Positions 1 through 10,097 of a stretch of 64,000 bases of DNA are shown here, in pieces. A program made the translations under genes and the position numbers. The stretch is taken from contig CAXXYE010000006.1 in NCBI GenBank assembly GCA_963674865.2, positions 96,001-160,000 of the forward strand. Reading direction: 5' to 3'. Numbering within the stretch: position 1 is the stretch's first letter; each line of letters starts with the position of its first letter. The stretch comes from Candidatus Hydrogenedentota bacterium (GTDB lineage Bacteria; Hydrogenedentota; Hydrogenedentia; Hydrogenedentales; SLHB01). The notes beneath the pieces were generated by a model. That model was not told the DNA's origin, searched no databases, and was given only the letters and a program-made list of their open reading frames with translations.

Positions 1-569
1 AACCTATGTGGTTCAATCATGTCGTGTTCAGCCACGATGATTCGCGGGTGTTCTTCCTGGCGCGGGTGATGGATGATACCGACCGAATCGTGTCGTCTGC
101 GTTCACCGTCAATCCGGATGGAACCGATTTGCGGCAAGTGATTCCCTATGCATGGCTCGTATCGCACTTTGACTGGCTGGATGGCCGGCGACTCCTCGTG
201 ACGACTAAGTTCGAGGGGCGGGAACCTTGGCGACACGTGCTATTCACAGATGGCCAAGATGACTACACCGTCTTGTGCCCAAGCCTTCTGGACCACGACG
301 GCCACGGATGCTTCTCGCCGGACAGGCGATGGCTCGTCACCGATGCCTATCCCGACGCGGATCGCATGCACTCGCTGCTCCTGGTGAACCTGGCTACGGG
401 ACAAGGAGCCAAGGTGGCCCAGCTCTTCTCCCCTCCGGATTACACCGGGCCGTGGCGGTGCGACCTGCACCCTCGATGGAACGCCACGTCCAACAAGCTG
501 TGCATTGATTCGGCCTGCGACGGCACCCGGCAAGTCTATATAGCCGACCTACACATCCCTGGAGAATAG
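1..569 (+). CDS. C-terminal part of a TolB-like/oligogalacturonate-lyase-like beta-propeller protein (probably starts before the window)
   Basis: Repeated propeller-type motifs (NHVVFSHDD, SHFDW, DGHGCFSPD) and the terminal RCDLHPRWN motif typical of this group. The reading frame is open to the left edge. Confidence 0.6.
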   Translation, partial: PMWFNHVVFSHDDSRVFFLARVMDDTDRIVSSAFTVNPDGTDLRQVIPYAWLVSHFDWLDGRRLLVTTKFEGREPWRHVLFTDGQDDYTVLCPSLLDHDGHGCFSPDRRWLVTDAYPDADRMHSLLLVNLATGQGAKVAQLFSPPDYTGPWRCDLHPRWNATSNKLCIDSACDGTRQVYIADLHIPGE

Positions 570-655
570 CCGGCGTCTGGAAGAGAGGTGTCGAGCCCAC
601 TTCGTCGCAAGCCATGCCAGGAGCGCCGAGTTTCTCGAGTGGACGGCCTCCATCC

Positions 656-684
656 TTGACTGCCCTAGTACCCCAAAGTATAGT
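656..684 (+). promoter_or_regulatory. sigma70-type promoter for the OmpA-family gene
   Basis: TTGACT (656-661), 17 bp spacer, TATAGT (679-684), about 100 bp upstream of the ATG at 782. Confidence 0.7.
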
Positions 685-781
685 GAGCGGGCCGTCCGGT
701 TCCATGAGACGGCGCGACCCTCCCGACAAGGCGCGGGCCGCACTCAAAACAACAGCGGGATGCTCGTAATGGAGGCCCCAG

Positions 782-1882
782 ATGAAATTGGTTTGGGCGA
801 TTCTTCCCCTTGCGCTTATGGCAGTTTTTGGCTGCCAGAGCACGGGCACGAACGTGCTGAGTGTGCCGGTAGCCAGAGATTCCGGCACCTTCCCTCCAGG
901 GGATATCGATAAGGCGGCGGCTTTGGTCGGCGAGGCCGGGCGCGCCGGAGCCGCATACTATGCCCCTTACGAATATTACTCCGCCCTCCGGTACCTGGCC
1001 ATTGCCGGGCAGAAGAAGCGCGCGGCGAGCCGCTCGGCGTTCAGGGACTACGCGCAACTAGCCGCCACCATGGCGGAGGCCGCCTTGGCGAAAGCGCCCG
1101 CGCCGGAGGACAACGAGCCCATGCCGCGGCCGAGAAGCCGCGATGAATGCATGGCGCTCTTCCAGAAGCTGCTGACAAGATACCAGCACTTGGACGACCA
1201 GAAAGCGAAGGAGGTTGCGCCGGTTATCTACGCGAATCTTACAGCCGACCTAAGCCTTGCGGAGAGCGAACTCATTGCCGAAAGCGCCTGGCGCGCCGCC
1301 GCGGATGCCCTCGTCCGCGTCGCACCGGCCATCGACACCATCCGCGCCCAGGACACCGACGACGACGGCATCCCGGATATGAGCGACGCGGCGCCCCTTC
1401 TGGCCGAGGATTTTGACGGCTTCGAGGATGATGACGGCGCCCCCGATCCGGACAACGACGCGGACGGCGTCCCGGATACCGTCGATACGGCGCCTATGGC
1501 CAAGGAAACCATCAATAGCTGGCGCGACGACGACGGCGCGCCGGATGCGTATCCCGCGCTTGACGTGCTGCACTTCGAATCGGGGAGCACCCGGATTTCA
1601 TCCGATGCCAAAGGCTACCTGCGGGGCGTTGGCATCATCCTTCGCGAGTCTCCGCGGCTCCATTTGCGCATCGCGGGCCACACGGATGACGCGCACTCCG
1701 ACACGTACAATCTCGACCTATCGAAGCGCCGCGCGGAGAAGGTGCAGGAGTACCTCAAGGAACAGGGCGTGCCGTCAGCCCAGTTGGTCGTCACGTACCA
1801 TGGAGCCGAGGACCCCGTCGCTGATAACAGCACCGCTCAAGGCCGTCTGCTGAACCGCCGTGTGTCTCTGCGGTTTGAGTAG
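782..1882 (+). CDS. OmpA-family lipoprotein with Asp-rich thrombospondin type-3-like Ca-binding repeats
   Basis: Lipobox VFGC; DTDDDGIPD, DGFEDDDGAPDPDNDADGVPD repeats; C-terminal OmpA domain (GHTD, NLDLSKRRA, NRRV). GGAGG RBS. Confidence 0.9.
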   Translation: MKLVWAILPLALMAVFGCQSTGTNVLSVPVARDSGTFPPGDIDKAAALVGEAGRAGAAYYAPYEYYSALRYLAIAGQKKRAASRSAFRDYAQLAATMAEAALAKAPAPEDNEPMPRPRSRDECMALFQKLLTRYQHLDDQKAKEVAPVIYANLTADLSLAESELIAESAWRAAADALVRVAPAIDTIRAQDTDDDGIPDMSDAAPLLAEDFDGFEDDDGAPDPDNDADGVPDTVDTAPMAKETINSWRDDDGAPDAYPALDVLHFESGSTRISSDAKGYLRGVGIILRESPRLHLRIAGHTDDAHSDTYNLDLSKRRAEKVQEYLKEQGVPSAQLVVTYHGAEDPVADNSTAQGRLLNRRVSLRFE

Positions 1883-1954
1883 AGGCCCGGTAGGCGACTT
1901 GCTGGCCGTGCCACGCGCTTCATTACGCACGGACCTTCCCGGCCCCACCCAGCA

Positions 1955-2716
1955 TCACTGTTCCGCCACCACGCCTTCGGTGATGTAGTTGGAGATTCCC
2001 AGGGCCTCCAGCAAGTCTCCCCCTCGATCCGGGCGCGGGCGCCATTGGCCTCCCCATCCGGGCGAATCCTCGACAAAGGGATGCAGATTCGCGTAGTGCT
2101 CCTCGAGCGCGGGCGCATAACTCGCGTGAGCAAGTTGGCGGAACGTGCCCGATAAGTCTCTCCCCTCGGCCGGTTCACCTGAAGGAAGTGTCACGAACAC
2201 CGCGAAGGTCGGATCGAAGAACGCCCAGCGTTCGTGAATGTACGCCTCCGCCGCGGTATGCGACGCCCTTCCATTTGCATGGAAGAGGAAACATAGCCGT
2301 GCGGGAATGCTCATGATTTCGCAGAGGGCGATGAAGACACGGGCTTGTTCGTTGCACCACCCCACACGCGACGCGATGATCTGCTCTTCCGTCATGGCGC
2401 GGTCGGGAAGGAGCGGACCCGCCTGATGGGGATGGGCGACATTTCGGTAAACCCAATCCATGGCCGCCTGCGCCAGATCGAAAGGGCCACCAGGCGCGAA
2501 CTCTGATACCACGGACTCCAATACGGGTCGCGAGCCTCGGCGGTAGCGGATACGCGTCGGCGAGTAGCCGCCTTCGTACAGCTCTGTCTCCGTCTCCGGG
2601 CACACGCGCACGGCCCCCTGCGACTGTTCGCGGTCGATTCCCTTAACGGCGATATCCGCCAGCATCGCGTCAAAGTCACCTGGAAATCCCTTGGCAGTGT
2701 ATGGCCGCAGATCCAT
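1955..2716 (-). CDS. Transglutaminase-like (Cys-His-Asp) domain protein
   Basis: GWCNEQARVF (Cys), HTAAE (His), FFDPT (Asp). Start moved to ATG 2716, which follows an AAGGAG RBS. Confidence 0.8.
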   Translation of the reverse strand: MDLRPYTAKGFPGDFDAMLADIAVKGIDREQSQGAVRVCPETETELYEGGYSPTRIRYRRGSRPVLESVVSEFAPGGPFDLAQAAMDWVYRNVAHPHQAGPLLPDRAMTEEQIIASRVGWCNEQARVFIALCEIMSIPARLCFLFHANGRASHTAAEAYIHERWAFFDPTFAVFVTLPSGEPAEGRDLSGTFRQLAHASYAPALEEHYANLHPFVEDSPGWGGQWRPRPDRGGDLLEALGISNYITEGVVAEQ

Positions 2717-2975
2717 TGCGGAGTGCTCCTTTCCGTGCAAGAACGAGCCAAGTTGAGCAAGAGACACGTAGTCTTTACGCAAGTTCGCCGAGTATAGCTT
2801 GAGGCACGGAGTCCAGCAAGACAGGCGGCGTAGGGGGAACCGGATTTCGGGAATGTGTAAAATGGGTCAGGGCTTTTGTCCCCGGTTTCAACAGAAGCGT
2901 TCAGCAGTCGACGCGAGAGTGCGCGGGCTGTTGGGGAACCAGGGGCTAGAACCAGGGAGGTGCTGCTCGCAACTC

Positions 2976-4586
2976 ATGTCTGAGATGAAGCGTCCGAACA
3001 TTCTGTGGGTGTCGTTCGAGGATACGAATCCATTCTACGGATGTTACGGCGACACTGTTGCCAGGACGCCGAACTTGGATCGGCTGGCGGCGGAAGGCTG
3101 CCGCTGGGCCAACGCCTTCTCGACGGCCGGCGTGTGTGCGCCCGCCCGTTCGGCCGTGATCACGGGCATGTATCCAATTTCCATCGGCACGCACCACATG
3201 CGCACCGCGCACACCAACTCGTTTGCACCGGAACTGCCCACGCCTTATTCCGCCGTGCCTCCGCATTATGTCAAGTGCTTCACGGAGTATCTGCGGGCCG
3301 CCGGTTACTACTGCTCAAACAATGTCAAGACGGATTATCAGTTCGAGCCGCCGTTTACCGCGTGGGATGATCTAAGCAAGCAAGCGCACTGGCGAGGGCG
3401 GCCCCGGCCCGATCAGCCGTTTTTCGCCGTCTTCAATCTTGGCCGTACGCATGAGAGTGGGATGTGGCCGGAGAAATGTCCCGAGATCGCCTTCGATCCC
3501 GATGCTGTCGAATTGCCGCCCTACTTCCCGGACACGCCGAAGGTGCGCGAGGCTATGGTACGCATGTACACCAATATCGAGCACAACGATCACGTCCTCG
3601 GCACGCTTCTGCAGGAACTCGAAGAGGACGGGCTCGCGGATGACACCATTGTCTTCCACTGGAGCGATCACGGGCCGCTCCCACGCGGGAAGCGGTGGCC
3701 CTACGATTCGGGCATCCGTGTGCCGATGATCGCCCGGTGGCCGGGAGGGCTAAAACCAGGCAGCGTGAGTGAGGAACTTGTCAGCACGGTTGACCTCGGC
3801 CCCACCGTACTCTCCCTGGTGGGACTGGACATCCCGCGGCACATGCAGGGCCGGGCCTTCCTAGGCACTCAGGCGGCCACCCCGCGCCGGTACGTGTATG
3901 CGTCCCGCGATCGCTATGATGAATCGTACGACATGGTGCGCGCGGTTAGGGACTCGCGCTTCAAGTACATCCGCCATTACCATCCCGAATTGCCCTACCT
4001 CCTTTGGATTCCGTACCGGAATCGCCATCCCATCGCGCAGGAGATGTGGCGGCTCCACGCAGAGAATAAGCTCGAAGGCGCACAGCGGCTGATGTTTCAG
4101 GCAAGGCCCGTCGAGGAGCTCTATGACACGCGGGCCGATCCCCGTGAGGTCAACAACCTTGCAAGCGACCCGGCTTACAGTGCCAAACTCGAACGCCTGC
4201 GCGAGGCGCTCGACGCGTGGCGACGCGAGGTAGGCGACCTGGGTGACATCCCGGAGTCCGAGATGGTGCGGCAGTGGTATCCGGGCGGGGAGCAGCCGGA
4301 GACGGCGACCCCGCTCATTATCCCGATCACCACCGATAAGCCGGGACTCGAACCGACGCAGGACGGCGGCCGTTTCCACGAGCCGCTGCTGGTGCAGCTT
4401 TACTGCGCGACGCAGGGCGCGTCCATTGCGTACACGTTTGACGAGGGCGATGACGCGCACTGGCGGCTCTACACCGAGCCCCTTCGCTTGCCCGTGGGGG
4501 AACAGACGCTCCGGGCCAAGAGCGTCAGGATTGGCTACAAACCGAGCACCGAGCGGCGGGCGGTGTTCACGATCGAAGCCGGATAG
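2976..4586 (+). CDS. Sulfatase (Cys-type) with a C-terminal FN3-associated/chitobiase-like small domain
   Basis: RPNILW..ED, RTPNLDRLA, CAPARSAVITG signature, WSDHG, ELYD..DP.E..NLA. C-terminal TQGASIAYT...LYTEPL...LRAK. Start set at ATG 2976. Confidence 0.92.
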   Translation: MSEMKRPNILWVSFEDTNPFYGCYGDTVARTPNLDRLAAEGCRWANAFSTAGVCAPARSAVITGMYPISIGTHHMRTAHTNSFAPELPTPYSAVPPHYVKCFTEYLRAAGYYCSNNVKTDYQFEPPFTAWDDLSKQAHWRGRPRPDQPFFAVFNLGRTHESGMWPEKCPEIAFDPDAVELPPYFPDTPKVREAMVRMYTNIEHNDHVLGTLLQELEEDGLADDTIVFHWSDHGPLPRGKRWPYDSGIRVPMIARWPGGLKPGSVSEELVSTVDLGPTVLSLVGLDIPRHMQGRAFLGTQAATPRRYVYASRDRYDESYDMVRAVRDSRFKYIRHYHPELPYLLWIPYRNRHPIAQEMWRLHAENKLEGAQRLMFQARPVEELYDTRADPREVNNLASDPAYSAKLERLREALDAWRREVGDLGDIPESEMVRQWYPGGEQPETATPLIIPITTDKPGLEPTQDGGRFHEPLLVQLYCATQGASIAYTFDEGDDAHWRLYTEPLRLPVGEQTLRAKSVRIGYKPSTERRAVFTIEAG

Positions 4587-4638
4587 GACGGATTACCGGG
4601 GCGCCGCACACCGTGGCGTCGCGTTTTGGAGGTAGACA

Positions 4639-5634
4639 GTGAAAACAGTTGCAGTAGTTTTTGAGGACGTCAACCAGGTTCGCGTCGGCGAGGTCGAGAT
4701 GCCCCCGCCGCAAGCCGGGCAAGTGACGGTGCGAACGCTCTATTCTACGGTGAGCTGCGGGACGGAAGGCTGGGTGCTCCAGAATGTATTCACCTGGCAA
4801 CCAACGCACTATCCCTGTGTTCCCGGCTATCAGCGTGTAGGAGTGATCGAACAGATTGGGCCCGGCGTCGAGGGATGGGCGATCGGGCAAAAGGTAATGG
4901 CCACGGCCGGCCGTTGGGAAGGCCCCGTGTGCCCGTTGTGGGGCTCCCATGTGGGACTTGCCAACACGCCGGCGAACGAGTTGTACGCACTCTCGGAAGA
5001 TGTAGATGAAGTCGATGCCTCGGCGGCGGTCGTTGCACAAGTCGGATACAACGCCGCGTCGCGCATCACCGGCGCGCCGGGCCAGTGGGTGGCGGTGTTC
5101 GGCGATGGCCTGATCGGGCAGTGCGCGGCGCAGGCGGCTCGGGCGCGCGGCATGCACGCGATCATCGTCGGCCATCGCGCCTCACGTTTACGCCTCGCGG
5201 CAGCCCACAGCGCGGACGCCGTGATCGATAGCCACGAGGAAGACCTTGCGGCCGCGGTGGCGCGGATCACGGGATCTCGTCAGGTGGCCGCCGTGATCGA
5301 TACCGTCCAGGGCACGAAGGTCCAGGCGCAGTACGTCGACCTCCTTGCCAATGGCTCGGGGCAAATCGTCTACTCCGGCTTTTCGTCGACGGAAACGTGG
5401 GCCGATATGGCGGACCTCCAGAAACGCGAATTGACGGCGCATTTTGTGTCCGGCTGGACTCGACCGAGGATGCAGGCGACGCTCGACTTGATGGCCGAGG
5501 GTAAGATGCGGGTAAGGCCGCTGGTTACTCACTTGGTCTCCTACCGCCGCGCGGCGGACATGTGGCAGGCCATCCTGAGCAAACAGGCGGATCTCTTGGG
5601 CGTAACCTTTGAATGGCAAGGGGATGAAGCATGA
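4639..5634 (+). CDS. Medium-chain dehydrogenase/reductase (BchC-like subgroup)
   Basis: STVSCGTE, PGYQRVG (in place of GHE), GDGLIG nucleotide-binding motif. GGAGG RBS with GTG start. Confidence 0.85.
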   Translation: MKTVAVVFEDVNQVRVGEVEMPPPQAGQVTVRTLYSTVSCGTEGWVLQNVFTWQPTHYPCVPGYQRVGVIEQIGPGVEGWAIGQKVMATAGRWEGPVCPLWGSHVGLANTPANELYALSEDVDEVDASAAVVAQVGYNAASRITGAPGQWVAVFGDGLIGQCAAQAARARGMHAIIVGHRASRLRLAAAHSADAVIDSHEEDLAAAVARITGSRQVAAVIDTVQGTKVQAQYVDLLANGSGQIVYSGFSSTETWADMADLQKRELTAHFVSGWTRPRMQATLDLMAEGKMRVRPLVTHLVSYRRAADMWQAILSKQADLLGVTFEWQGDEA

Positions 5635-6542
5635 AGATTCTGATCACGGGCGCGTTTGGAATGATCGGCCGGGAACTGATGGCCGCACTCGAAGGCACGC
5701 ATGAGCTGCGGCTGCTGGACACCGTCAAACCTGAAGAGGCCACTATGTTCGTTCCGGACAAACCGGAGCGGCAGCCCGCCGCCGTCAGCACGTCATGGCC
5801 TTGTCTCCAGGGCGATATCACCGATGTAGCCGCGATGCGCGACGCCGTCCGAGGCATGGAGGCCGTCATTCACATGGCCGCTTCGGTGACGGGCCTGCCT
5901 CAGTTCGGCTGCGAAACTTTCCGCGTCAATGCTTGCGGCACCTACAACCTTCTGGACGCTTGCCGGCTGGCGGGTGTCCGCCGCTTCCTGTGCGCGTCCA
6001 GTATCAATGCCTATGGGACATTCTATTGGCGGTTGAGCGGCAAACCATCGCCTTACGAGAAACTGCCCATCGACGAGTCCTTCCGGCCGGTTCCGGAAGA
6101 TGCGTACAGCCTGAGCAAGTACGTGAATGAAGAGACGTGCGCGGCTTTCACGCGGGCGTATGGCATCACGACGGCGGCGTTCCGCTTCGCGGGCGTATGG
6201 AGTGACGCGCAGTACCGACGCCAGTTGGCGGAAGGGCTCAAGCCTACCGCCGCGTGGGAAGACGAACTGTACCAATGGGTTCACGTGGGCGATATCGTGC
6301 GCGGCCTGCGGCAGGCGCTCGAGGCGCCGAGCCTTCCCGAGACGGGCGTTTACACCCTTTGCGCCGCCGACACACGCTGCCCGGAGCCTACCATGGAGGT
6401 CCTCGAACGCTTCCGGCCGGACTTGGCCGAGCAGCTGGACGCACCCCTGCCGGGCCGTGCCTCGCTCCTTTCCATCGAGCGCGCACGGCAGACATTCGGC
6501 TACGAACCACAATACGGCCTCGATGAGGCTGTGAAGAAGTAG
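5631..6542 (+). CDS. NAD-dependent epimerase/dehydratase (extended SDR)
   Basis: ITGAFGMIG, ASS, YSLSK catalytic motif. ATGA overlap with the upstream gene. Confidence 0.9.
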   Translation: MKILITGAFGMIGRELMAALEGTHELRLLDTVKPEEATMFVPDKPERQPAAVSTSWPCLQGDITDVAAMRDAVRGMEAVIHMAASVTGLPQFGCETFRVNACGTYNLLDACRLAGVRRFLCASSINAYGTFYWRLSGKPSPYEKLPIDESFRPVPEDAYSLSKYVNEETCAAFTRAYGITTAAFRFAGVWSDAQYRRQLAEGLKPTAAWEDELYQWVHVGDIVRGLRQALEAPSLPETGVYTLCAADTRCPEPTMEVLERFRPDLAEQLDAPLPGRASLLSIERARQTFGYEPQYGLDEAVKK

Positions 6543-6612
6543 CCGGGCCTATGGAAATTCCTCGCGGAGGGCACTTGTTCCCAAGAAGTGAAGGTTGAAA
6601 GGAGATTTCATC

Positions 6613-7188
6613 ATGGCACTTACGCCGTCTACGATGTTGCCTCTGGGAACGCCTGCACCGAATTTCTCCCTGCCCGACACATCGGGCAAGACGGTTTCGC
6701 GGGATGATTTCACGCAGGCCAAAGGCCTGCTGGTTATCTTCATGTGCAACCACTGCCCGTACGTGAAGCATGTGCGCGAGGAGATTGCGCGTCTCGGCAA
6801 GGAATACGAGGACAAAGGGATCGCGGTGGCCGGGATCAACGCCAACGATGTTGGCACCTATCCTGACGACAGTCCCGAGAACATGGCCAAGGAAGCGGCC
6901 GCGGTAGGCTATACATTCCCGTACCTCTACGACGAGACGCAGGAGATCGCCAAGGCCTACCGCGCGGCCTGTACGCCCGATTTCTTCCTGTTCGACGGCG
7001 AGCGGAAACTGGTGTATCGCGGCCAACTCGACGACAGCCGCCCGGGGAACGATGTCCCTATAACCGGCAAGGATCTGCGCGCAGCGTTGGATCTTGTCCT
7101 AGCCGGCCAACCTGTGCCGGAGGATCAGAAGCCAAGCCTGGGCTGCAACATAAAGTGGAAGCAGAACAACGCGCCGGACTACTCGTAG
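6613..7188 (+). CDS. Thioredoxin-fold AhpC/TSA (PRX-like1) protein
   Basis: APNFSLPD, FMCNHCPYV, AACTPDFFLFD, SLGCNIKWK. AAGGAG RBS before ATG 6613. Confidence 0.92.
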   Translation: MALTPSTMLPLGTPAPNFSLPDTSGKTVSRDDFTQAKGLLVIFMCNHCPYVKHVREEIARLGKEYEDKGIAVAGINANDVGTYPDDSPENMAKEAAAVGYTFPYLYDETQEIAKAYRAACTPDFFLFDGERKLVYRGQLDDSRPGNDVPITGKDLRAALDLVLAGQPVPEDQKPSLGCNIKWKQNNAPDYS

Positions 7189-7203
7189 CGAGCCTCAGGG
7201 CGG

Positions 7204-7992
7204 CTAGAATTCCGCGTCGAAAGTCAGTCCAGCCGCCTGGAAACCCGAGCGCAATTGCTTGAAGTACTGCGCAATCCCGACGACATCGGCGCCGCACGCG
7301 AGGAAGCGTGCGCCTTTTGCGATTAGCTCCGGCGCCTTGTCGGGCGAACAGGGAAGCCCCCACTGGCGCTTGTGCTTGGCGCACAAGGCGGCGAGCTTGT
7401 CCACCGCGTCGAGCACCTTGGGATGATCCAACTGCCCCGGACTGCCGTAGCTGTGCGACAAGTCGGCCGGGCCGATAAAGAAGGCGTCGATGCCTTCGGT
7501 GGCGACAATGGCCTCCATGTCGTCCACGGCTTCCTTATCCTCGATCTGCACAACAATGAAGCGCTGCTCATTGGCGAACCGGCAGTACTCCTCCGTCGGG
7601 CGGAGGCAGAACGGGCCGTCCGAATTGCCGCTGTCCAAGGCGCGCCGGCCGAGCGGATGAAAGCGCGTCATGCGGACGATGTCGGCGGCCTCCTCCCCGG
7701 ACATGCAGTGGGGGATCATGAGGCCGGTGGCGTCCATTTCGAGAGGCCGTATCAGGTCGGAATACGAGCCTTTCGCAACGCGCACCATCGTATCCATGCC
7801 GTAGATCTTCGCGGTGCGTATCTGGTTATGCACCGTCTGCCAATCCACGGGGCCGTGCTCCATGCATAGCCACACGCAGTGGACGCCCAACGGGCCGTAG
7901 AGTTCGAGCACATTGGGATCGGTGAGGTTGGTCTTCGCGCACCAAACCGGTTCGTTGTTGCGTAGCTTCTTCAGCACAAGGCTTTCATGCAT
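7204..7992 (-). CDS. HpcH/HpaI-family class II aldolase
   Basis: MEHG, MVRV, RFHPLGRR, VVQIED, FIGPADLS. Confidence 0.9.
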   Translation of the reverse strand: MHESLVLKKLRNNEPVWCAKTNLTDPNVLELYGPLGVHCVWLCMEHGPVDWQTVHNQIRTAKIYGMDTMVRVAKGSYSDLIRPLEMDATGLMIPHCMSGEEAADIVRMTRFHPLGRRALDSGNSDGPFCLRPTEEYCRFANEQRFIVVQIEDKEAVDDMEAIVATEGIDAFFIGPADLSHSYGSPGQLDHPKVLDAVDKLAALCAKHKRQWGLPCSPDKAPELIAKGARFLACGADVVGIAQYFKQLRSGFQAAGLTFDAEF

Positions 7993-8033
7993 CCCGTATT
8001 ATCCTTCCTGCAACCTAAGTGGTTAAGACACCG

Positions 8034-9008
8034 TCATCGAAAGTGATCAAATCCGCTTTCGGAAAAAGTTTCTCCGCCGACACGCACCCCGCGCCATGCA
8101 TCCGTAAACCTGCCGATAACGGCGGCCCCCAAGCCGATCCGCTCATTGAGTGAGGTCACGACGCCCTCGGCAGCATCGGCCTCGATAGCGAAGGCCAGTT
8201 CGTAATCCTCGCCGCCGCGTAGCATGAGGGCGGACGCGTCCAGGCCGTGCTCGCGGCAGTAGTTCTGAAGGGCCGGCGATGGACGAAGCCGCTCCGGCTC
8301 GATATCGACTCCCAGGCCGCTCTCCTCGGCGAGGTGGCCGCTGTCCTGCGCGAGGCCGTCGCTCACGTCAATCATCGCGTGGACGGCGGAAGAATAGCAT
8401 AGCCATTGGCCCTCCGCCACGCGCGGCCGAGGCCGCGCGTGCGCCGCGATCAACGCCGGGGCCTCGTGGCCGTTCTCAAGGGCGTGGAGTCCCGCCGCCG
8501 ACAAGCCCGGGGGGCCCGTCACGGCCAGCATGTCGCCGGGGCGCGCTCCCTCCCTGAGAAGGCAGCGTTCACCGGATACCTGCCCCACCGTCGTGATATC
8601 GAGCGTGAAAGGCCCCGAGGTACGCGCGGTATCGCCGCCGGCAAGGGCGATGCCATACTCGGCGAAGATTTGGCCGATGCCCCTATAGACATCCTCGACG
8701 AACGCGATCTCTTCGTCCGCCCGGCACGCCAGCGTTACAAGGCAGAACAGCGGCGAGCCGCCCATAGCGGCAATATCGCTGACGCCGGCCGTCGCGGCCC
8801 GCCATCCGATATCCTGAGGGGAAAGCGTTGTCCGCCGGAAATGGCGATCTTCGATCATGACGTCGCAGGTGGCCAGAAGGAGTGTGTCGTTTACGCGGAT
8901 GACGGCGCAGTCATCGCCGATGCCCTTCACGAGCTCCGATGCACCGGGCGCCAGCTTCGAGAGCCGCTCGATGAGGCCGAATTCGCCGAGGCCGCCCACG
9001 ACCTTCAC
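8034..9008 (-). CDS. thiL: Thiamine-monophosphate kinase
   Basis: GEFGLI, GIGDDCA, SDIAAMGG, GGDT, MIDVSDGL, GGEDYEL, terminal GFDHF. Confidence 0.95.
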   Translation of the reverse strand: MKVVGGLGEFGLIERLSKLAPGASELVKGIGDDCAVIRVNDTLLLATCDVMIEDRHFRRTTLSPQDIGWRAATAGVSDIAAMGGSPLFCLVTLACRADEEIAFVEDVYRGIGQIFAEYGIALAGGDTARTSGPFTLDITTVGQVSGERCLLREGARPGDMLAVTGPPGLSAAGLHALENGHEAPALIAAHARPRPRVAEGQWLCYSSAVHAMIDVSDGLAQDSGHLAEESGLGVDIEPERLRPSPALQNYCREHGLDASALMLRGGEDYELAFAIEADAAEGVVTSLNERIGLGAAVIGRFTDAWRGVRVGGETFSESGFDHFR

Positions 9009-9892
9009 GAGGCATCCCCTCGCTCGAGTTGCCGCCAGGCCCGGCCGAGGGCCTGGACCACGTCCCCCGCGATCATCCCGCGCTCCGTCATAGCCTCCGC
9101 GGCGATATCCCCGGCCAGTCCGTGCAGATAGACGCCCACGAGCGCCGCGTCATAGGCGGACATGCCTTGGGCCAATAGTCCTCCAATCAAACCGGACAGC
9201 ACATCGCCGGTTCCGCCGGTGGCCATACCGGAGTTGCCAGTCGGATTGACGTGCAGCCGCCCGTCGGCGCCCGCCACCACCGTTCGGCGGCCCTTCAACA
9301 CGACGACGCACCGATGCTTGGCGGCGAACGCGGCCGCGACGGATTCCCGATCTCCCTGCACGTCCACCGTGGAGAGTCCCGCGAGCCGGGCCATCTCGCC
9401 CGGATGCGGCGTGACAACCACCTCGGCAGTCGCCTCTTGGAGCACTTCCGGCTTCGCGCTGAGGTTATTCAGACCATCCGCGTCTATCAACATTGGCGCG
9501 GAACAACGCTCGACAAAGCCCGACACAAGATCCGCCGTCTCGGGCGCACGGCCTACGCCGGGCCCGAGCACAACGGCATCCTTGTCCGCCGCGAACTCGA
9601 AGGCTGGCTCGATGGCGGCCCGGGAAAAACTCTCCGTATCCGTCGCGGGGAGGGCGAGACTCATGCATTCGAGCAGTGAGGCCGCGACGACATCGCCCAA
9701 AGGGCGAGGGATGCCCACGGTGACAAGTCCCACCCCGGAGCGGCTCGCGGCCTGCGCGGCCAGTATCGCTGCCCCCGTGAATCCGCGGGAGCCGGCCAAG
9801 ATGAAGACGTGCCCGAACGTGCCCTTGTGCCCGTCGGCGGGCCGCTTCGGGAGCAGCGGAAGCAATAATGCCGGAGTGATCTCGTCTGCCAT
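9005..9892 (-). CDS. nnrD: ADP-dependent NAD(P)H-hydrate dehydratase (stand-alone YjeF-C)
   Basis: HKGTFG, GSRGFTGA, LGPGVG, IDADGLN, TPHPGEMARL, MATGGTGDVLSG. Start set at ATG 9892. Confidence 0.93.
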   Translation of the reverse strand: MADEITPALLLPLLPKRPADGHKGTFGHVFILAGSRGFTGAAILAAQAASRSGVGLVTVGIPRPLGDVVAASLLECMSLALPATDTESFSRAAIEPAFEFAADKDAVVLGPGVGRAPETADLVSGFVERCSAPMLIDADGLNNLSAKPEVLQEATAEVVVTPHPGEMARLAGLSTVDVQGDRESVAAAFAAKHRCVVVLKGRRTVVAGADGRLHVNPTGNSGMATGGTGDVLSGLIGGLLAQGMSAYDAALVGVYLHGLAGDIAAEAMTERGMIAGDVVQALGRAWRQLERGDAS

Positions 9893-9976
9893 GAACATCG
9901 CCCTTTTCGGCGATCCTAGTCCCTCGAACACCGCCGTTCAAGCGGCGACACTCCTGAGGCATACAAGCGGCGCGGG

Positions 9977-10005
9977 TTGCCCGACGACTGGGCGCGCCCT
10001 ATAAT
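9977..10005 (+). promoter_or_regulatory. sigma70-type promoter
   Basis: TTGCCC (9977-9982), 17 bp spacer, TATAAT (10000-10005), upstream of the CDS at 10098. Confidence 0.65.
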
Positions 10006-10097
10006 CTCGGCGTTGATCGTGTGCAAGACTGGTGTATAGCCGGGAGTCGCCGGCTTCTGGTGGCAGGCGCCGGAGAGTTCGATTCGGGGAGAACATC

